A stretch of 63,915 bases of DNA, filler included, from Intoshia linei (Eukaryota > Animalia > Orthonectida): the NCBI GenBank assembly GCA_001642005.1. It is 8 parts of 8 records of this genome, joined end to end, with 100 filler letters (N's around TTAATTAATTAA, not from the genome) between each part and the next. Parts side by side here need not be neighbours in the genome. Positions count along the whole stretch, not along the records: positions 1 to 11,042 come from LWCA01001211.1; positions 11,143 to 30,681 come from LWCA01000736.1; 6 more parts are not named here. One strand, given 5' to 3'. Positions 1-12,635 of the stretch are shown piece after piece. The notes beneath the pieces are model-generated. The model saw only the letters and a program-made list of their open reading frames with translations, was not told the origin of the DNA and searched no databases. Position 1 is the stretch's first letter, and each line of letters starts with the position of its first letter. Position numbers and translations under genes: made by a program.

Positions 1-3000
1 ACTAACAGATTTTGCTCCAATAATTTCCGTTATGAACGTAGTGGGACAATCTTGGCAACCTTCTCCAATTATATCATTGTTCTTATATGTTCCAATTGGA
101 CAAGGGGTGCATTTATTAAAAACACTTTCCATACCCAACCCACATTTTTGTAGACTACAATCATCGATTGTTGTAGAACCTACACCAAAAGTAGTAAAAC
201 TAAACGGACACGGTAAGCAGTTATGATTCGGTAGATCATTGTCTTTATAATACCCAATTTTACATAATTTACAAACATTGGATATAGATTCCTGTCCAAC
301 AGGACAAATTTGAATATAACATTCATGTGCAGATTTTGAACCTATTGTGCCTGTTATAAATGTTTCAGGACAATTTTGACAAACTTCACCAATTATGTCA
401 TTATCCTTATACTTTCCAATAGGACATGGCAAACATCTATCGAATATACTTTCCATACCTAGCCCACATTGTTGAATATTGCAGTCATCAACTGATGTAG
501 ATCCAAAATTATCTGTAGTAAAAGTATTTGGACAAGGCAAACAGATGTGATTAGCTATATTATTATCCTTATAATAACCCATTTGGCACACGCGGCATAA
601 ATTATTGATAGATTCCTGCCCGGGTGGACATATTTGAATGTAACAATCGTGTATAGATTCGGCCCCTATCGTATCTGTTGTAAAAGTAGCAGGACAATCC
701 TTGCATGCTTCATCAATAATATCGTTATCCTTAAACGTACCCAACTGGCATGGCATGCATTTACCTATGATATTTTCCATTCCTATTCCACATTGAAGAA
801 CATTGCAGTCATCTATTGAATTTGATCCAAAGCTTACTGTTGTATAAGAGGTTGGACATGGTAGACACGTATGATGTGGTAAATTATTATCTTTATAATG
901 TCCAACATTACAAATCTTACAAATATTATTGATTGATTCATACCCAAACGGACAAATTTGTATATTACAATCATTTAATGATTTAGATCCAGTAATACTT
1001 GTTGTGAAGGTATCTGGACAATTTTTACAATTTTCACCCACATTTATAGTATCTTTGTACGTTCCGATTTCACAAGGTAAACAGCTATTAAGAACACTTT
1101 CCATACCTAAATTACATTGTTGAATATTACAATCTTCCTCTAAAATTGATCCAACATTGAGAGTTGTAAAGGTCGGAGGACAAGGTAAACACTTATGATG
1201 TGGTAATTCTGTGTCTTTATAAAAGCCAATTTTACAAAATGTACAAATATTATTAATTGATTCTTGACCAGCTGGGCATATTTGAATATTACACTCAAAT
1301 TTTGATTTTGCACCTAATACGCCAGTGATAAATGTTTCTGGACAATCTGTGCACATTATATCTGAATAATCATTATCTTTAAATTTATTCATTGGACACG
1401 GCGTGCATGTATTTAAAAAACTTTCAAATCCAAACCCACACTTTTGAATACTGCAGTCAATTTCTAATGTGGAACCTTGACCAATTGTTGTAAAGGTAGG
1501 AGGACATGCAATGCAATAATTTAGTGGAATATTATTGTTTTTATAATAACCAACCTTACACGGAACGCACATACCACCAAATTCTTCAAATCCTTCTTTG
1601 CATTGTTTCAAATTACATTGATTGCTCGAAATGGAACCTTCTCCAGCTGTCGTGTAAGAGTTTAAACATTTTACACAAAATTTGAGTGGGTCTTCATTAT
1701 CTTTATAATAACCAATACTACATAATGTACAAACACCTGAAATACTTTCATATCCGTTTATACAAATGTGCAAGTTACAATCTAGAATATTATCCGATCC
1801 TGTAGACTCTGTTGTGAATTCGTCTTGACATTTGAGACATTTTCCAAAGGTGTCATCATTATCTTTATAAAAACCTTTTTTACACTCATTACAAATATTA
1901 TTTATAAGCTCGTAACCTATTTTACACTTTGAAATGTTACAATCGTTTATTGAAGTTGATGCCATAAATTCTGTGGTTAATGCAATATTGCATGGTACAC
2001 ATTTATAATCTGGTAAATATTTATCTTTATAAAACCCAAATTTACATGGAATGCAAGTAGTTGAAGTTTCATCTGGTTCATACCCAATGTCACATACAAA
2101 TATATCACACATTTCAACCATGATTGACCCCTTTGTAAGAGTTATATAATTAGGTGGACATTTGATGCATTTACTTGAAACATCATTTTTGTCATTAAAG
2201 GATCCTACTTCACACTCTCTACAGAATCCATCAAATTCTTCCTTTCCAAGCCCGCATAATCTTAAATTACATTTTAATACAGACGTTGAACCTACACTAT
2301 ATGTTGTATATGTATTGTCACATTTATCGCATTTATTTAACGGATCATCATTATTTTTATAGAAACCAATTTTACATGGTTCACATTGGTTATTTATATT
2401 CTCATATCCTATTCGACACATTAACAAGTCACACTTTAGAACACTTATAGACCCCAATGTTAGAGTTGTATATGGATAGTCACATGGGGTGCATCTAACA
2501 TAAACATCGGAATTACTTTTGTAAAAACCTTTTTGACAAGGATAACACACATTATTAATAGATTCTTCTCCCAATGGGCATACAACAATACTGCAACTGT
2601 TTTTGCTAGTAGATCCTAAAGATATTGTCGTAAGATTAATTTGACATATTAAACATTTTTTTGTAGGAAGATTATTATCTTTATAATAACCAACCTTGCA
2701 GGGAATACAATTTAAATTTATGTCTTCTTCATAACCTTTTTCACAGTAATGTTCACTACATTGCAGCTCCGATGTTGACCCTTCGGTAATGGTTGTGTAA
2801 TTGGGAACACACTTAAGACAATACTGATTGGCTAATGAATTTGATTTATAGTAACCAATTATGCACGGAATACACTGACCGGCCACCTCATGGTATCCTT
2901 CTTGACAAGCTATCAAACTGCATTCAAATTCAGAAGTGGATCCAACACCACGTGTAGTTCTAGGGCTTGTACACGCTGTACATAATATATTTGGTTCTCT

Positions 3001-6000
3001 GTTATTTTTATAATATCCAATATTACAAGGTTCACAGCGTTCATTGATTTCTTCATATCCCTCCAAACAGATATGTAAAATACACATGTCAGAATCCGTT
3101 GACCCGGAAAGTAATGTAGTATAATATTCTGGGCAATTCTGACAAGTAGCAAATGCAAAGTTATTGTCTTTATAAGTACCAAGTTTACAATCAACGCAAA
3201 CACCATCAACTTCTTCGGTTCCAGGATCACACAATAATATGTTACATTCCGTAATAGATATTGAACCAATATACTTAGTAGAAGTGTTGGCACCACATGG
3301 TTTACATAACTCATCGTTTCCTGTGACACTTTTATAAAATCCAATCTTACAAGCTGAACATTCATAAACTATAAGTTCGAATCCTATAGGGCATATATGA
3401 ACTGAACAATCATCTAAACTTATCGAAGCGATAGACTTGGTAGTATGAAACATTGGACAAGACAAACAATAATTATTGACCTCAGAGTTGTCTTTATAAA
3501 AACCCATTGAACATGCTGAACATAATCCATTTTTATCTTGGTAACCTGGATCACAAATCTTTAGATTACAGTCAGTATCTTTAGTGGATCCAGTATTTAA
3601 TGTAGTCAAAGATGTTGGGCAAGAAATACAATCGGCACCTACATTATTATTGTCTTTATAGGTACCAATAGGACAAGAAACACACTCCCCCAATGATTCC
3701 TTTTGACCCTCACTGCATTGTCTAACACTGCAATCTGACAGTGATATTGAATTCTCATTTAAAGTCGTGAAGGTATCTGGACATTGATCGCATAGTTTGT
3801 TTGGATCCGCTTTCATTATTTCATTTCTGTAAAATCCAATTGGACATGATTCACAACTTCCCGCAATGTTTTGTTTACCAACATCACAAATGGCTACATT
3901 ACAATCATCTGAATTTGTTGATTCTATCTGCGGTGTGACAAATCCTATACTACATGGCAGACAATTATTGTTGACATCGTCATTATCTTTAAAAAATCCT
4001 ATTTCACAACTCACGCATTTATTTTCTATACTATCTCCTTGCGTTCCGGCAGGGCATTTGAGTACATTACATTGAGTAATTGATATAGCCCCGTCATTAA
4101 GAGTAAATAAAGGAGCTATACAACTCACACATTGATTGTTAGGTATATCGTTATTCTTATACGTACCTTGAAGACATGGAAAACATATGGAATTTCCAAT
4201 CTCTTGAAATTTACCAGGTTCACAGAATGGTAAACATTGATCTACATGCGTAGATGCAGTGTTAATTGTTGTTTTATCAAATGTACAGGAAATACATGAA
4301 AATTGACCAACAATATCTTGATATGTACCTCGAGGACAGGGATAACATTGGTCCTGGATAATATCAAGATAATAACCAATTGCACAAACTTTAATATTGC
4401 ATTCGATAACAGAAGTGGCTCCAACATTTGCAGTAGTCCAATTTTCATCACAACTTTCACAATTAATTTGAATTCCTTGAGTTCTATAAGATCCAATAGG
4501 ACACAGGTCACAACTAGTTTGATCTAAATTAGGCTGGGACCCACTTTCACATATATATATACATAAATTTATCGAATTTGATCCTACTGATGTTGTTGTT
4601 TTATCAGGTGTACAGGCAATACATGACAATTGACCAATAATATTTTGATATTGACCAATTGGACATGGTGTACATTCTGGGGTTAAGACGCCTGATACTG
4701 TACTATAACTATTATACATCCCAACAATGCATTTATCAATACAATCTGTGACATCTGAACTACCCTCAAATAACGTTGTTTTATCTGACACACAAGATGT
4801 ACAATCAATACTTTTAACATTTTGTTGGTAAGCACCAATTTGACATTTGTAACAATCTCCGTCGCTAAAATAAGTTCCAATAGGACAATCCACGCAAACA
4901 TAATTAATAATAATTTGTCCAGGTTCACATATCGGTAATGGATTAAATACTAATGATTGCGGTGATGCATTTGGTAACATATCTGTCATGTCTGCAGCAT
5001 TTTCGTCCCTTAAAAAATTGTACAAAATGGTTTCAATGTCCTGTGCTGTGTTTGCGGAATACATAAGTTCTTGTAAATCCAACAAAGTTATTAATACCAA
5101 TAAACTATCTTCTATTGTCGAACGACGCCGTCTCATTAGTAGTATATTGTCATATTGTAAATCCAAATCATTAAGATTTTCATTTGTGTAACACATTGTA
5201 GTTAAAATAAATCTATCACTAGTGCAACAATCCTCATTGGGACAAAATCCTGACTTTTCATTAAAACTTGTTCCCCAATCTTTGTTGAGTTTATTGAATT
5301 TATTACAAAAATGATTTTTTATCGCGTTATTTTGATTCGCTTGGTTGCACGAATCAATACCATCATATCGAATGCGTATTTTCATTTCAATTGATGTTGG
5401 TGGAGGTACTAAATTAGTTAACAATTAAAATTATCATTGTAAGTATATGATGTTATCCCTAAGACTGTAAGGCTTAGAGTCCACGAGTAGTGTTGTCAAA
5501 TTTACCTAAAATTTAAAACCGGTTTTATTGCAATGTGAAATGTCCATGGTAACCCAATTTCATTTTATAATATTTCACATGAACTGTTTCTTAATTTTCT
5601 ATTAAATCGAAGTCAATAACGAAAATTTTAGTTAAAAGTAAATGAAAACTGTGGTAAAATAGTCGACAAATGAGTAATGAACCAATCGTATAAAAACAAA
5701 AAATTAAAAAATTGATCAAAGACATAAAAAATATTTTCAAATATAAAAAATAGTGAAGATATAAAAAAATTAAGTAAAAAATTAAAAACATATTTAAAAA
5801 AAACCGGTGCATCAAGCATATCAGAATTTTTTCAATATGTAAGTTATTACTACTTCACTTTCCAAAAGAATACAATCATTCCTATGCAATAGGGTAACCC
5901 ATAATTATATAGTATGATATGGTTTTAGAATATTGATTAATTAATTTTTGTGTTTATAAAAAAATTTACCGGAAAAACCAGTTTGACAACACTAACTACG

Positions 6001-7229
6001 AGCCAAATTTTGTTGTATAAAATTGAAATGCAAATAATTTGAAAAGAAAATATGATTTATATTCAAACTAACTGTAGTTATATATATATTTACTGTAGCA
6101 CTTAGGGTAAATCAATGTCTTTTTATTCATTTTATAATCATAGGTTCCAGATGGTCCACATGTATAAATATTTGGATGTGGTTCTAGAAATATTCCTCCA
6201 TTAAAGCATTTTGGTGTACATTCGGAGAAAGGACTATTCAGAGATGTACATGTGTTAGTACCATGTGAATCTTCATCCATGAACTTTGGTTGAGAACATG
6301 TGAATCCTATATGTATTTATAAATGCTAAATCTTTTATTTCCTTAATTTAAATTAATTAAGAAATTATGAGACCTAAAATTTAAGAACCCCAATTTGTGA
6401 TAGTTATTCGAGTCGTTTTTAAAGCAAATATGACTTTAATTATATGCATTTTTATTAAAAATGAAAAAGTCTTAGAATTTTAAAAAATATAATTTTGGGA
6501 CAGTTTTAAAAATGATTAAAATGATACTACATAGCAACCTCAGAAACTTACCATTAAATTAAGTCCAAATTAAAAACAAATTTTTCGGATTCAGTTTATT
6601 CGGGTTGTCTATAGAAAAAATTGTAACCTACGAAACGAAAATTAGTCTACGTATTGCTAGTGAAACATAAATGTTAGAGATTAGTGTACCAACATAGTCG
6701 TATTTTAAAAATAGTTTTAACAAAAAATAAAGTAAAAAAGCTAGGTGCTGTTTGTATCAATTACTAAACATTCAAGCCGATAATTATATATTATTTTATA
6801 ATATACTTAATGATTATAATCAATTAACAAATTGGGTCTTAAAATTAAAAATTCGGCACTCAGCAGTAGAGCTAACTGCGGTTTGTACGAAGTATAATAT
6901 ACTTCGTAACATATATATTGTAATATAATACATGATATATATTATAGAAGTCAAGCTAATTAAATTAAAAAAATATAATGTATCACAATTACCCAATGGT
7001 ATCACGTACAGATAAAACATGCAATATGATATATTTCCATTAGCATCAGTTGCTACATATATTATGGAATATACACCCGGCGATAAATTGGATTCTTTTA
7101 AATAATTGCTTGTTATTATAGCAGTAGGGTCAGTGACGGTAGGTTCTACCCAATCTGCTACTCCAACGTTATTTACAGCATAAACAGTGCTGCTCAATGG
7201 GCACGTCAAAAAGCTTATGGGAATTTTAT
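1..7229 (-). CDS. Large extracellular Cys-rich repeat protein (HYR + sushi-like + linker with RRRR furin site + about 30 Ephrin_rec_like/GCC2_GCC3 repeats); SVEP1/uninflatable-like module; partial at both ends
   Basis: Exons 7229-6993 (HYR: ..CP..V..W.EP...D...PGVYSIIYVATDANGNISYCMF.L.V), 6306-6094 (CSQP..C..C..C..YTC..YPKC) and 5408-<1, joined by phase-1 GT-AG introns. The codon frame at 5383 (ATG AAA ATA) equals the frame at base 1. The repeat C..C.IG.YKDND....C..CP...TT...GS....C recurs about every 162 nt. I spot-checked the long exon rather than translating every codon. Confidence 0.9.
5488..5994. mobile_element. hAT-type MITE in an intron
   Basis: Perfect 13-bp TIR TAGTGTTGTCAAA...TTTGACAACACTA; flanks tccacgag/actacgag (6/8, TSD-like). 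Confidence 0.7.
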
Positions 7230-7268
7230 CTAAATAAAAATAATAACCATACTTAATATAGCCTAGTA

Positions 7269-7496
7269 CCGTGCTTTTCAACCAGGGGACCGCGACCGCT
7301 AGGGGTGTCGCAAAATTTATCAGGGAGGTCGTGAGAAATTGAAAATTTAATGAATAAATTTATTTTTTTTAATTTTAATATATTATTGAAAGTAATAATG
7401 CTACGGAAATATTTTTACATTCTGAAAATTTTTGGGTCGCGAAAATTTTTTATGTTTATCAGAGGGTTGCGAACACAAAAAGGTTGAAAACCACTG
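7269..7496 (-). mobile_element. hAT (Charlie/Buster-type) MITE
   Basis: TIRs ccgtgcttttcaacc / ggttgaaaaccactg; perfect 8-bp TSD gcctagta (7261-7268, 7497-7504); ends match the element at 54041-54710. Confidence 0.9.
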
Positions 7497-8071
7497 GCCT
7501 AGTAGATATAATAAAAATAACGATAATAATATATAATAATAGAGTTAAGATAATGAAATGAAATTGATTTATTATTTATTTATTCAATTTATCATTATAA
7601 TATACAATAATGGTATTAAGTAATTTAACTAAAAGTTAGCGCCAGCTAGTTCTAGGAAAATATTTAATACATAATATGGTTTATTTTTAAACATTAAGAT
7701 AAATCTTAATATTTTATTCCAGTGTTTACATATCGTTAAACCAATTTATTTTTTATTTTTTTAAAAATAAAATAAACTCCATAATTGTAAAATTTATTAA
7801 TTCTGCGACAAATTTTAAAAGCATTACCATTGTCGTATATCGCAACCTCAAAAACTTACATCTTCGCGGTCAAAACTACAAATTATCCTTTTTTAAAAGT
7901 TATACAATTTTAATTCTCTAAATTTCAGAAAAATAGCGGAATCTGGCAAATAGTAGAAACTATTTTCTTAGTAAAGGAGAAATATTTTAAATTATCGATC
8001 AATAAAAATATAGCAAAGCCTTGAAAAGCGAAAATAATTTAAATTTGATTTTTATATAGTGTGGCCATAAT

Positions 8072-8279
8072 TAGTGCGACCAGAATTACGAATTTTTAGA
8101 TAAAGTTTTGGGACTGTTCCAAAGTCGTACTTTCGACGTACTTTTCAAAACTAAATAAACTTATAAATTGAAATTTAACTTAAATGTTCATTTTTCTAAT
8201 GAAAAATTAATCAAAAACATATTTTGTTTCTAAGCAATAAAATTACTACTTTTAGTACGACAAAAATATGTTCAGCCTA
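8072..8279. mobile_element. MITE with TAG termini (second copy 23162-23320)
   Basis: Imperfect TIR tagtgcgacca / tg(t/g)tcagccta; about 140 bp nearly identical between the two copies. Confidence 0.65.
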
Positions 8280-8499
8280 TCATAATACGTATTTTTCATA
8301 ATTTACGTTTTAATTTGGCAGTTTGCCAAATACGTAGAAATGATATTAGCTATTTACAGTTTAGTCAGAAGAATTCTTCATTTTCATTGGTTCATATGAG
8401 AACATCAATTTACTTTCTACGCATTGCAGTGCGAGAATAATTACTTCCTATTACCGCGTTAATATAGAAACCATATATCAATGTATAAAATAGTGTATA

Positions 8500-9788
8500 C
8501 ACTGCTGGAAAAAACTATAAGACACTTTAAAAATGTTCTATTATATTTTAATTAATGGTATAAGTATATTATTTTTTTATTAAGACAATAGAAAAAATAT
8601 TTTTACATCAGATGATGTAACTATTGGACAATTTTGATTACCCAAATTCAATAGAATTTAAAAATAAAGTTTGTAACGTTTTTTTGATTGGAGAAAAGTC
8701 TTATAATTTCAATTTTTTGTTTATAAACAGGTAACTAGTTTTAATATTAATATATTTTTTGGTTCTAATAAATTTTAATAGTAATAACATAATAATGCCA
8801 CTTGGAAAAAACTAAACGATAACGAAAAGGGGCAAATACATCATTTGAATTCATCCGGCCATAGCATCTCTAGGATGGCAAATATTTTAAAAAGGAGTAG
8901 ATGTTCTATCCGAAATTTTCTGAATAATACAGTTGCTTTGAATGATCGTTATACAAAAATTATTCAATGAAAAGCTTCTAATTTCACTCTCTCATCGGAA
9001 AGCATACGTCGGGAACTGAATTTGTCCTGCTCTTCTAGAACGGTCCGTAATGTGATCAATAAATCCTCACACTTAGTCAGACAAAAAATGATAATGATTT
9101 GGGCGTAATTTGGTATGCAAGGAAAATCTGATTTATGTTTTATTAGCGTGAAAGTAAATTCTGTAAAATATAAAGATGTACTGGCGCAGTATTTACTACC
9201 TTGCAGATAAAATTTTTTTATTTGTCAGCAAGACAATGCTTCAATTCATTTATCAAAAACCACTAAACTGTGGTTTGAAATCAATAATATTTCCGTTTTG
9301 GATTGGCCCGCCTGTAGTCCTGACCTAAATCTTATCGATAATTTTTGGGGAATAATGAGCAGGGCCGTTTATGCTGATGGAAAGCAATATAATAATATAA
9401 TGGAATTAAAATCGGCAGTTATAGCCTCGTGGCGTGGTATAACACAAAATACATTAAAAAAACTGGTTGATTCCATGCCTGACAGAATTTTCGAAGTTAT
9501 TAGAAAAGGTAGATGTTTTACACACTACTAATAAATTTTTTATAATTCTTATTATTTTAATTACCTTTTTTATGAAGGGTGTCTCATAGTTTTTTCAAAT
9601 CAAAAATTTCTTATTTTCATAAAATATTCATTTATAACTCTGCAATTTAATTATAAATTATTTTTTATTTTATGATAAGATGGATAATTAAATTTCGAAA
9701 AAAATAGTGTATTCAAATTCAATATTTTCGAATTAATTAGATAATTATGGCATTTTTAGTAAATGTCTTATAGTTTTTTCCAGCAGTG
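8500..9788 (+). mobile_element. Tc1/mariner (Tc3-like) element with decayed transposase
   Basis: TA-flanked TIRs cactgctggaaaaaaactataagaca / tgtcttatagttttttccagcagtg. Transposase runs from ATG ~8795 (MPLGK..) to 9531 (QQDNA..H, DWPACSPDLNLIDNFWG..SMPDRIFEVI..THY), with frameshifts, stops and an internal deletion. Confidence 0.92.
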
Positions 9789-9859
9789 TAGATTCTATAC
9801 TATAGAATAATATTTAAAATAAAGTTAGTTAATATAAATACAATAATTAAAGTAATTAT

Positions 9860-11042
9860 TGTCGTGTCGCAAGACACGAACGACGCATGGAAGTAACATT
9901 TTTAAAGTTCGTTTCATATACATTTATAAATTTTATTGTTATATCAGAACTAATTATCGCTGACATTCATAGTATGGTTTCCAATTTTAAATTCAACGAT
10001 TGTAACGCAAAACGTAAAGTGATAGAGTATTTAGAAGGGAATAGTGAATGTAATATGGATAGACATAAAAATTTCAGATTGAAGAAAAAGTCTGTTCATT
10101 TTTCTGTGAAAAATGGTGAATTATTTTTTTTGAAAAGTTTGTAAATTTTCATTCTTGCATAAGTATGCATTGTATTTGTAGATAATTCAAAATTGAAGGT
10201 ATTGTGTGATAACGAACTAAATTTAAAAAGAGAATGTATACTTAGTCTGCATAAAATCGGACATTGTGGACTTAAGGTAGAATCTTTTGTCAAATTTTTG
10301 AATTTTTATCTAGACCAAACAGCTGGCAGATAATTTATTTTACAATATTAAGGAAAAGGAGCATTATGTGAGCAGCATATTATGTGGGTAGCTAAATTAA
10401 AAAACAAAAATGCAATTACAATGCGGGGCAAGTTTGAAACAATGTTTTTTGCTCTTGGTCCGCCTAAAATATTGCATACAGATAATGGCAGGTAGTTCAA
10501 AAATAGTGAGATAGAAGACTTGAATGAATGTCAGTATTGTTCACGGCTCGTCACCCTCAATCTCAGGGACAAGTGGAACGGTAGATTTGAATTATCTATT
10601 TTTTTTTATGAATTTAGTGCAAATCAAACACTTAAAAGGTGGCTTGCCAAAACATTAGAAGAAAACAAAAATTGGATATCAGTTATCACAAGTGTGGTTC
10701 AAAAGTACAATATAACTGTTCACCGTGCAACAAAAAAGACACCTTTTTAAGTTTTTCACGGATGCAATGGATATTATTCGTTAATATTAATCATATACAA
10801 ATATATGTATAGTTGTAAGACTGAAGTTGAAGATCACAAAGAGATTTCGACACCATATATAGATGGAATGGTAGCTGATGCTAATGCTAATATAAAAAAA
10901 TTTAATATTGGTACATATTTATGTGTATGAATATATTGTAATTATAGGTGACTCGATATTGACAGAGTAAGACTCCGAAAAGATTTTAATACCAATGTAA
11001 AAACAAAAAAACGACCATTTGATTTACCTTTCAGTGATATAG
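9860..11042 (+). mobile_element. Ginger2/TDD-like DNA transposon (KRBA2/SCAND3-like rve integrase), intron-containing, decayed, cut by gap
   Basis: TGT terminus at 9860. Spliced reading gives LHKIGHCGLK, GPPKILHTDNGR*FKN, QSQGQVERANQTLKRWL, YN...HRATKKTPF. Introns 10137-10181, 10277-10313, 10581-10617, 10911-10947. Confidence 0.75.
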
Positions 11043-11142
11043 NNNNNNNNNNNNNNNNNNNNNNNNNNNNNNNNNNNNNNNNNNNNTTAATTAATTAANN
11101 NNNNNNNNNNNNNNNNNNNNNNNNNNNNNNNNNNNNNNNNNN
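11043..11142. other. Assembly spacer (also 30682-30781, 50516-50615, 52001-52100, 53292-53391, 55092-55191, 62159-62258)
   Basis: Identical 44N-TTAATTAATTAA-44N structure; the 12-mer puts stops in all six frames. Confidence 0.97.
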
Positions 11143-11340
11143 AATATGCATATAGCATACACTGCAAATGTGAGTTGGCGTCCAGCTATTCGTTAAATTT
11201 ATTGGGGAAATGAAAAATTTACGCTCATATGCATTGATGAGATTATTATTGTTCATATCGTACTTTCTTTTTGATTTAACAAGATAAATTCTGCAGATAT
11301 AACAATATTTTGATACGCTTTCATAATTGCAAGAGTTCAT
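11143..11340 (-). mobile_element. N-terminal Zn-finger of a DNA transposase (Chapaev3/CMC-like), truncated at gap
   Basis: Pattern C..YCYICR...AY...F....W.P.HIC..C recalled from this transposase class; fragment only. Confidence 0.45.
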
Positions 11341-11559
11341 AATTACATATTTAAAATAAAATTCAAATTTACATCATCTTATTAAAAAGAATATTAAAAT
11401 TATATAGTTATAGTTACAAGGAAAATTATTTAAAGGGCTGTATCTTTTTGATGTGATTTGATATCAACATATAATTTTCGATTAATGAATTTTTGATATA
11501 TATACTATAATTTAATATGGTTATTAGACTGCTATAATTTTTAGTGTTCCCCAGTGTTA

Positions 11560-12105
11560 TAATATTGAATTATCAACTGAATTTTCTAATTACTTTTATG
11601 GACAATTTATTTCAAGATGATGTAGATGATGATTTTGACGAATTTAGTGGTATAGAATCAGACGAGGAATATATTGGTGAACATATCACTGAAACTGACG
11701 AATCTATCTCATATACAAATTGTACGTTCACTGGAAAATATGGGTAAAGTGAATGGTATGATTTTAAAGAATCTCAAAAAGGTTTTCCTTTCATAAAAGA
11801 TACACTATGGACAATTGGTTTACGTCTATACCGTTAACGTTTGATTTATGGGAGAAAAAGTTGACAATGTGCGGTACAATAAGAAAAAATATAAAAGAAC
11901 TTTGCTGCATTTTTCATTTATAGTAAAAACCGCGAGGTTTATTCCACTGTTTCAGCTTACCACAAAATTATATCACTAGTATCGTATTGTCCAAAGCCAA
12001 GAAGAATTGTCAATGTAATATCTACAAAACACGATTGCATAACTATTGACCAAGGCAATGAAAAAAAAACCGCATATTATTTTGTTTTATAATGAAACCA
12101 ACCAT
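11560..12105 (+). mobile_element. piggyBac transposase remnant
   Basis: Acidic N-terminus (DDDFDEFSGIESDEE), LTMCGTIRKN, SLVSYCPKPRRIVNVISTKH...KPHIILFYNET; heavily deleted. Confidence 0.75.
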
Positions 12106-12289
12106 TAATATATTCATCTTAATTCATCATTTTGTGAAATCATATCGCTTTATCACATTAATACATCTGATTGGCATGTTCCGCTTTGACTCCTTTGACG
12201 TAAATTCGTTTCCATAAAGAGTTAATTTGAGTCCATATTGAGTTGTGATTAAATATATTATCATTAATTGAGTACATCAATTAATATGT

Positions 12290-12547
12290 ACTTTTTTTTA
12301 AACTCTTTACACAAATGTTAACAAAACAAAATTAAGATGGAATAATTCAGATTAAAGTAAAAAGTAATGTGATATTACGGTTTCACCTGAAACAAATTTG
12401 GGAACCACTCCTTTAAAGGATTGATAATAGTGAATAGTAGGATCTTTAAGTTAAATTTTCAACGTGAATTTATTTTTTGGTAGAATAAAAATGTGTCATC
12501 GGCAGAGCTAGGTCCTGTTTGTACGTAATACATAACAGTCAACATAG
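12290..12547 (+). mobile_element. 3' part of non-autonomous Helitron family
   Basis: Shared 3' motif ggcagagctagg..tgtttgtacgtaatacataacagtcaac(a/c)tag|t. Confidence 0.7.
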
Positions 12548-12635
12548 TACTGTATATTATAATTTAGAAATTACATAAAGCATAAAGAATATTGTTTAAT
12601 ATAAACAAATGTATACAATATAAAAGTACGTGATT

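Noticed and set aside
32-5191. Twelve short ORFs in the track (plus strand and off-frame minus)
   Set aside because: They are antisense or alternative-frame shadows of the long Cys-repeat exon.
5591-5819. F/L/I-rich ORFs as membrane proteins
   Set aside because: They arise from A-rich sequence inside an intronic MITE.
6820-7281. 153-aa ORF as a standalone gene
   Set aside because: Its start lies in a hAT MITE and its tail in an intron; only 6993-7229 is a HYR exon.
11087-11098. Recurring TTAATTAATTAA as a biological repeat, CRISPR repeat or piggyBac site
   Set aside because: Always centred in identical N runs; an artificial six-frame stop linker.
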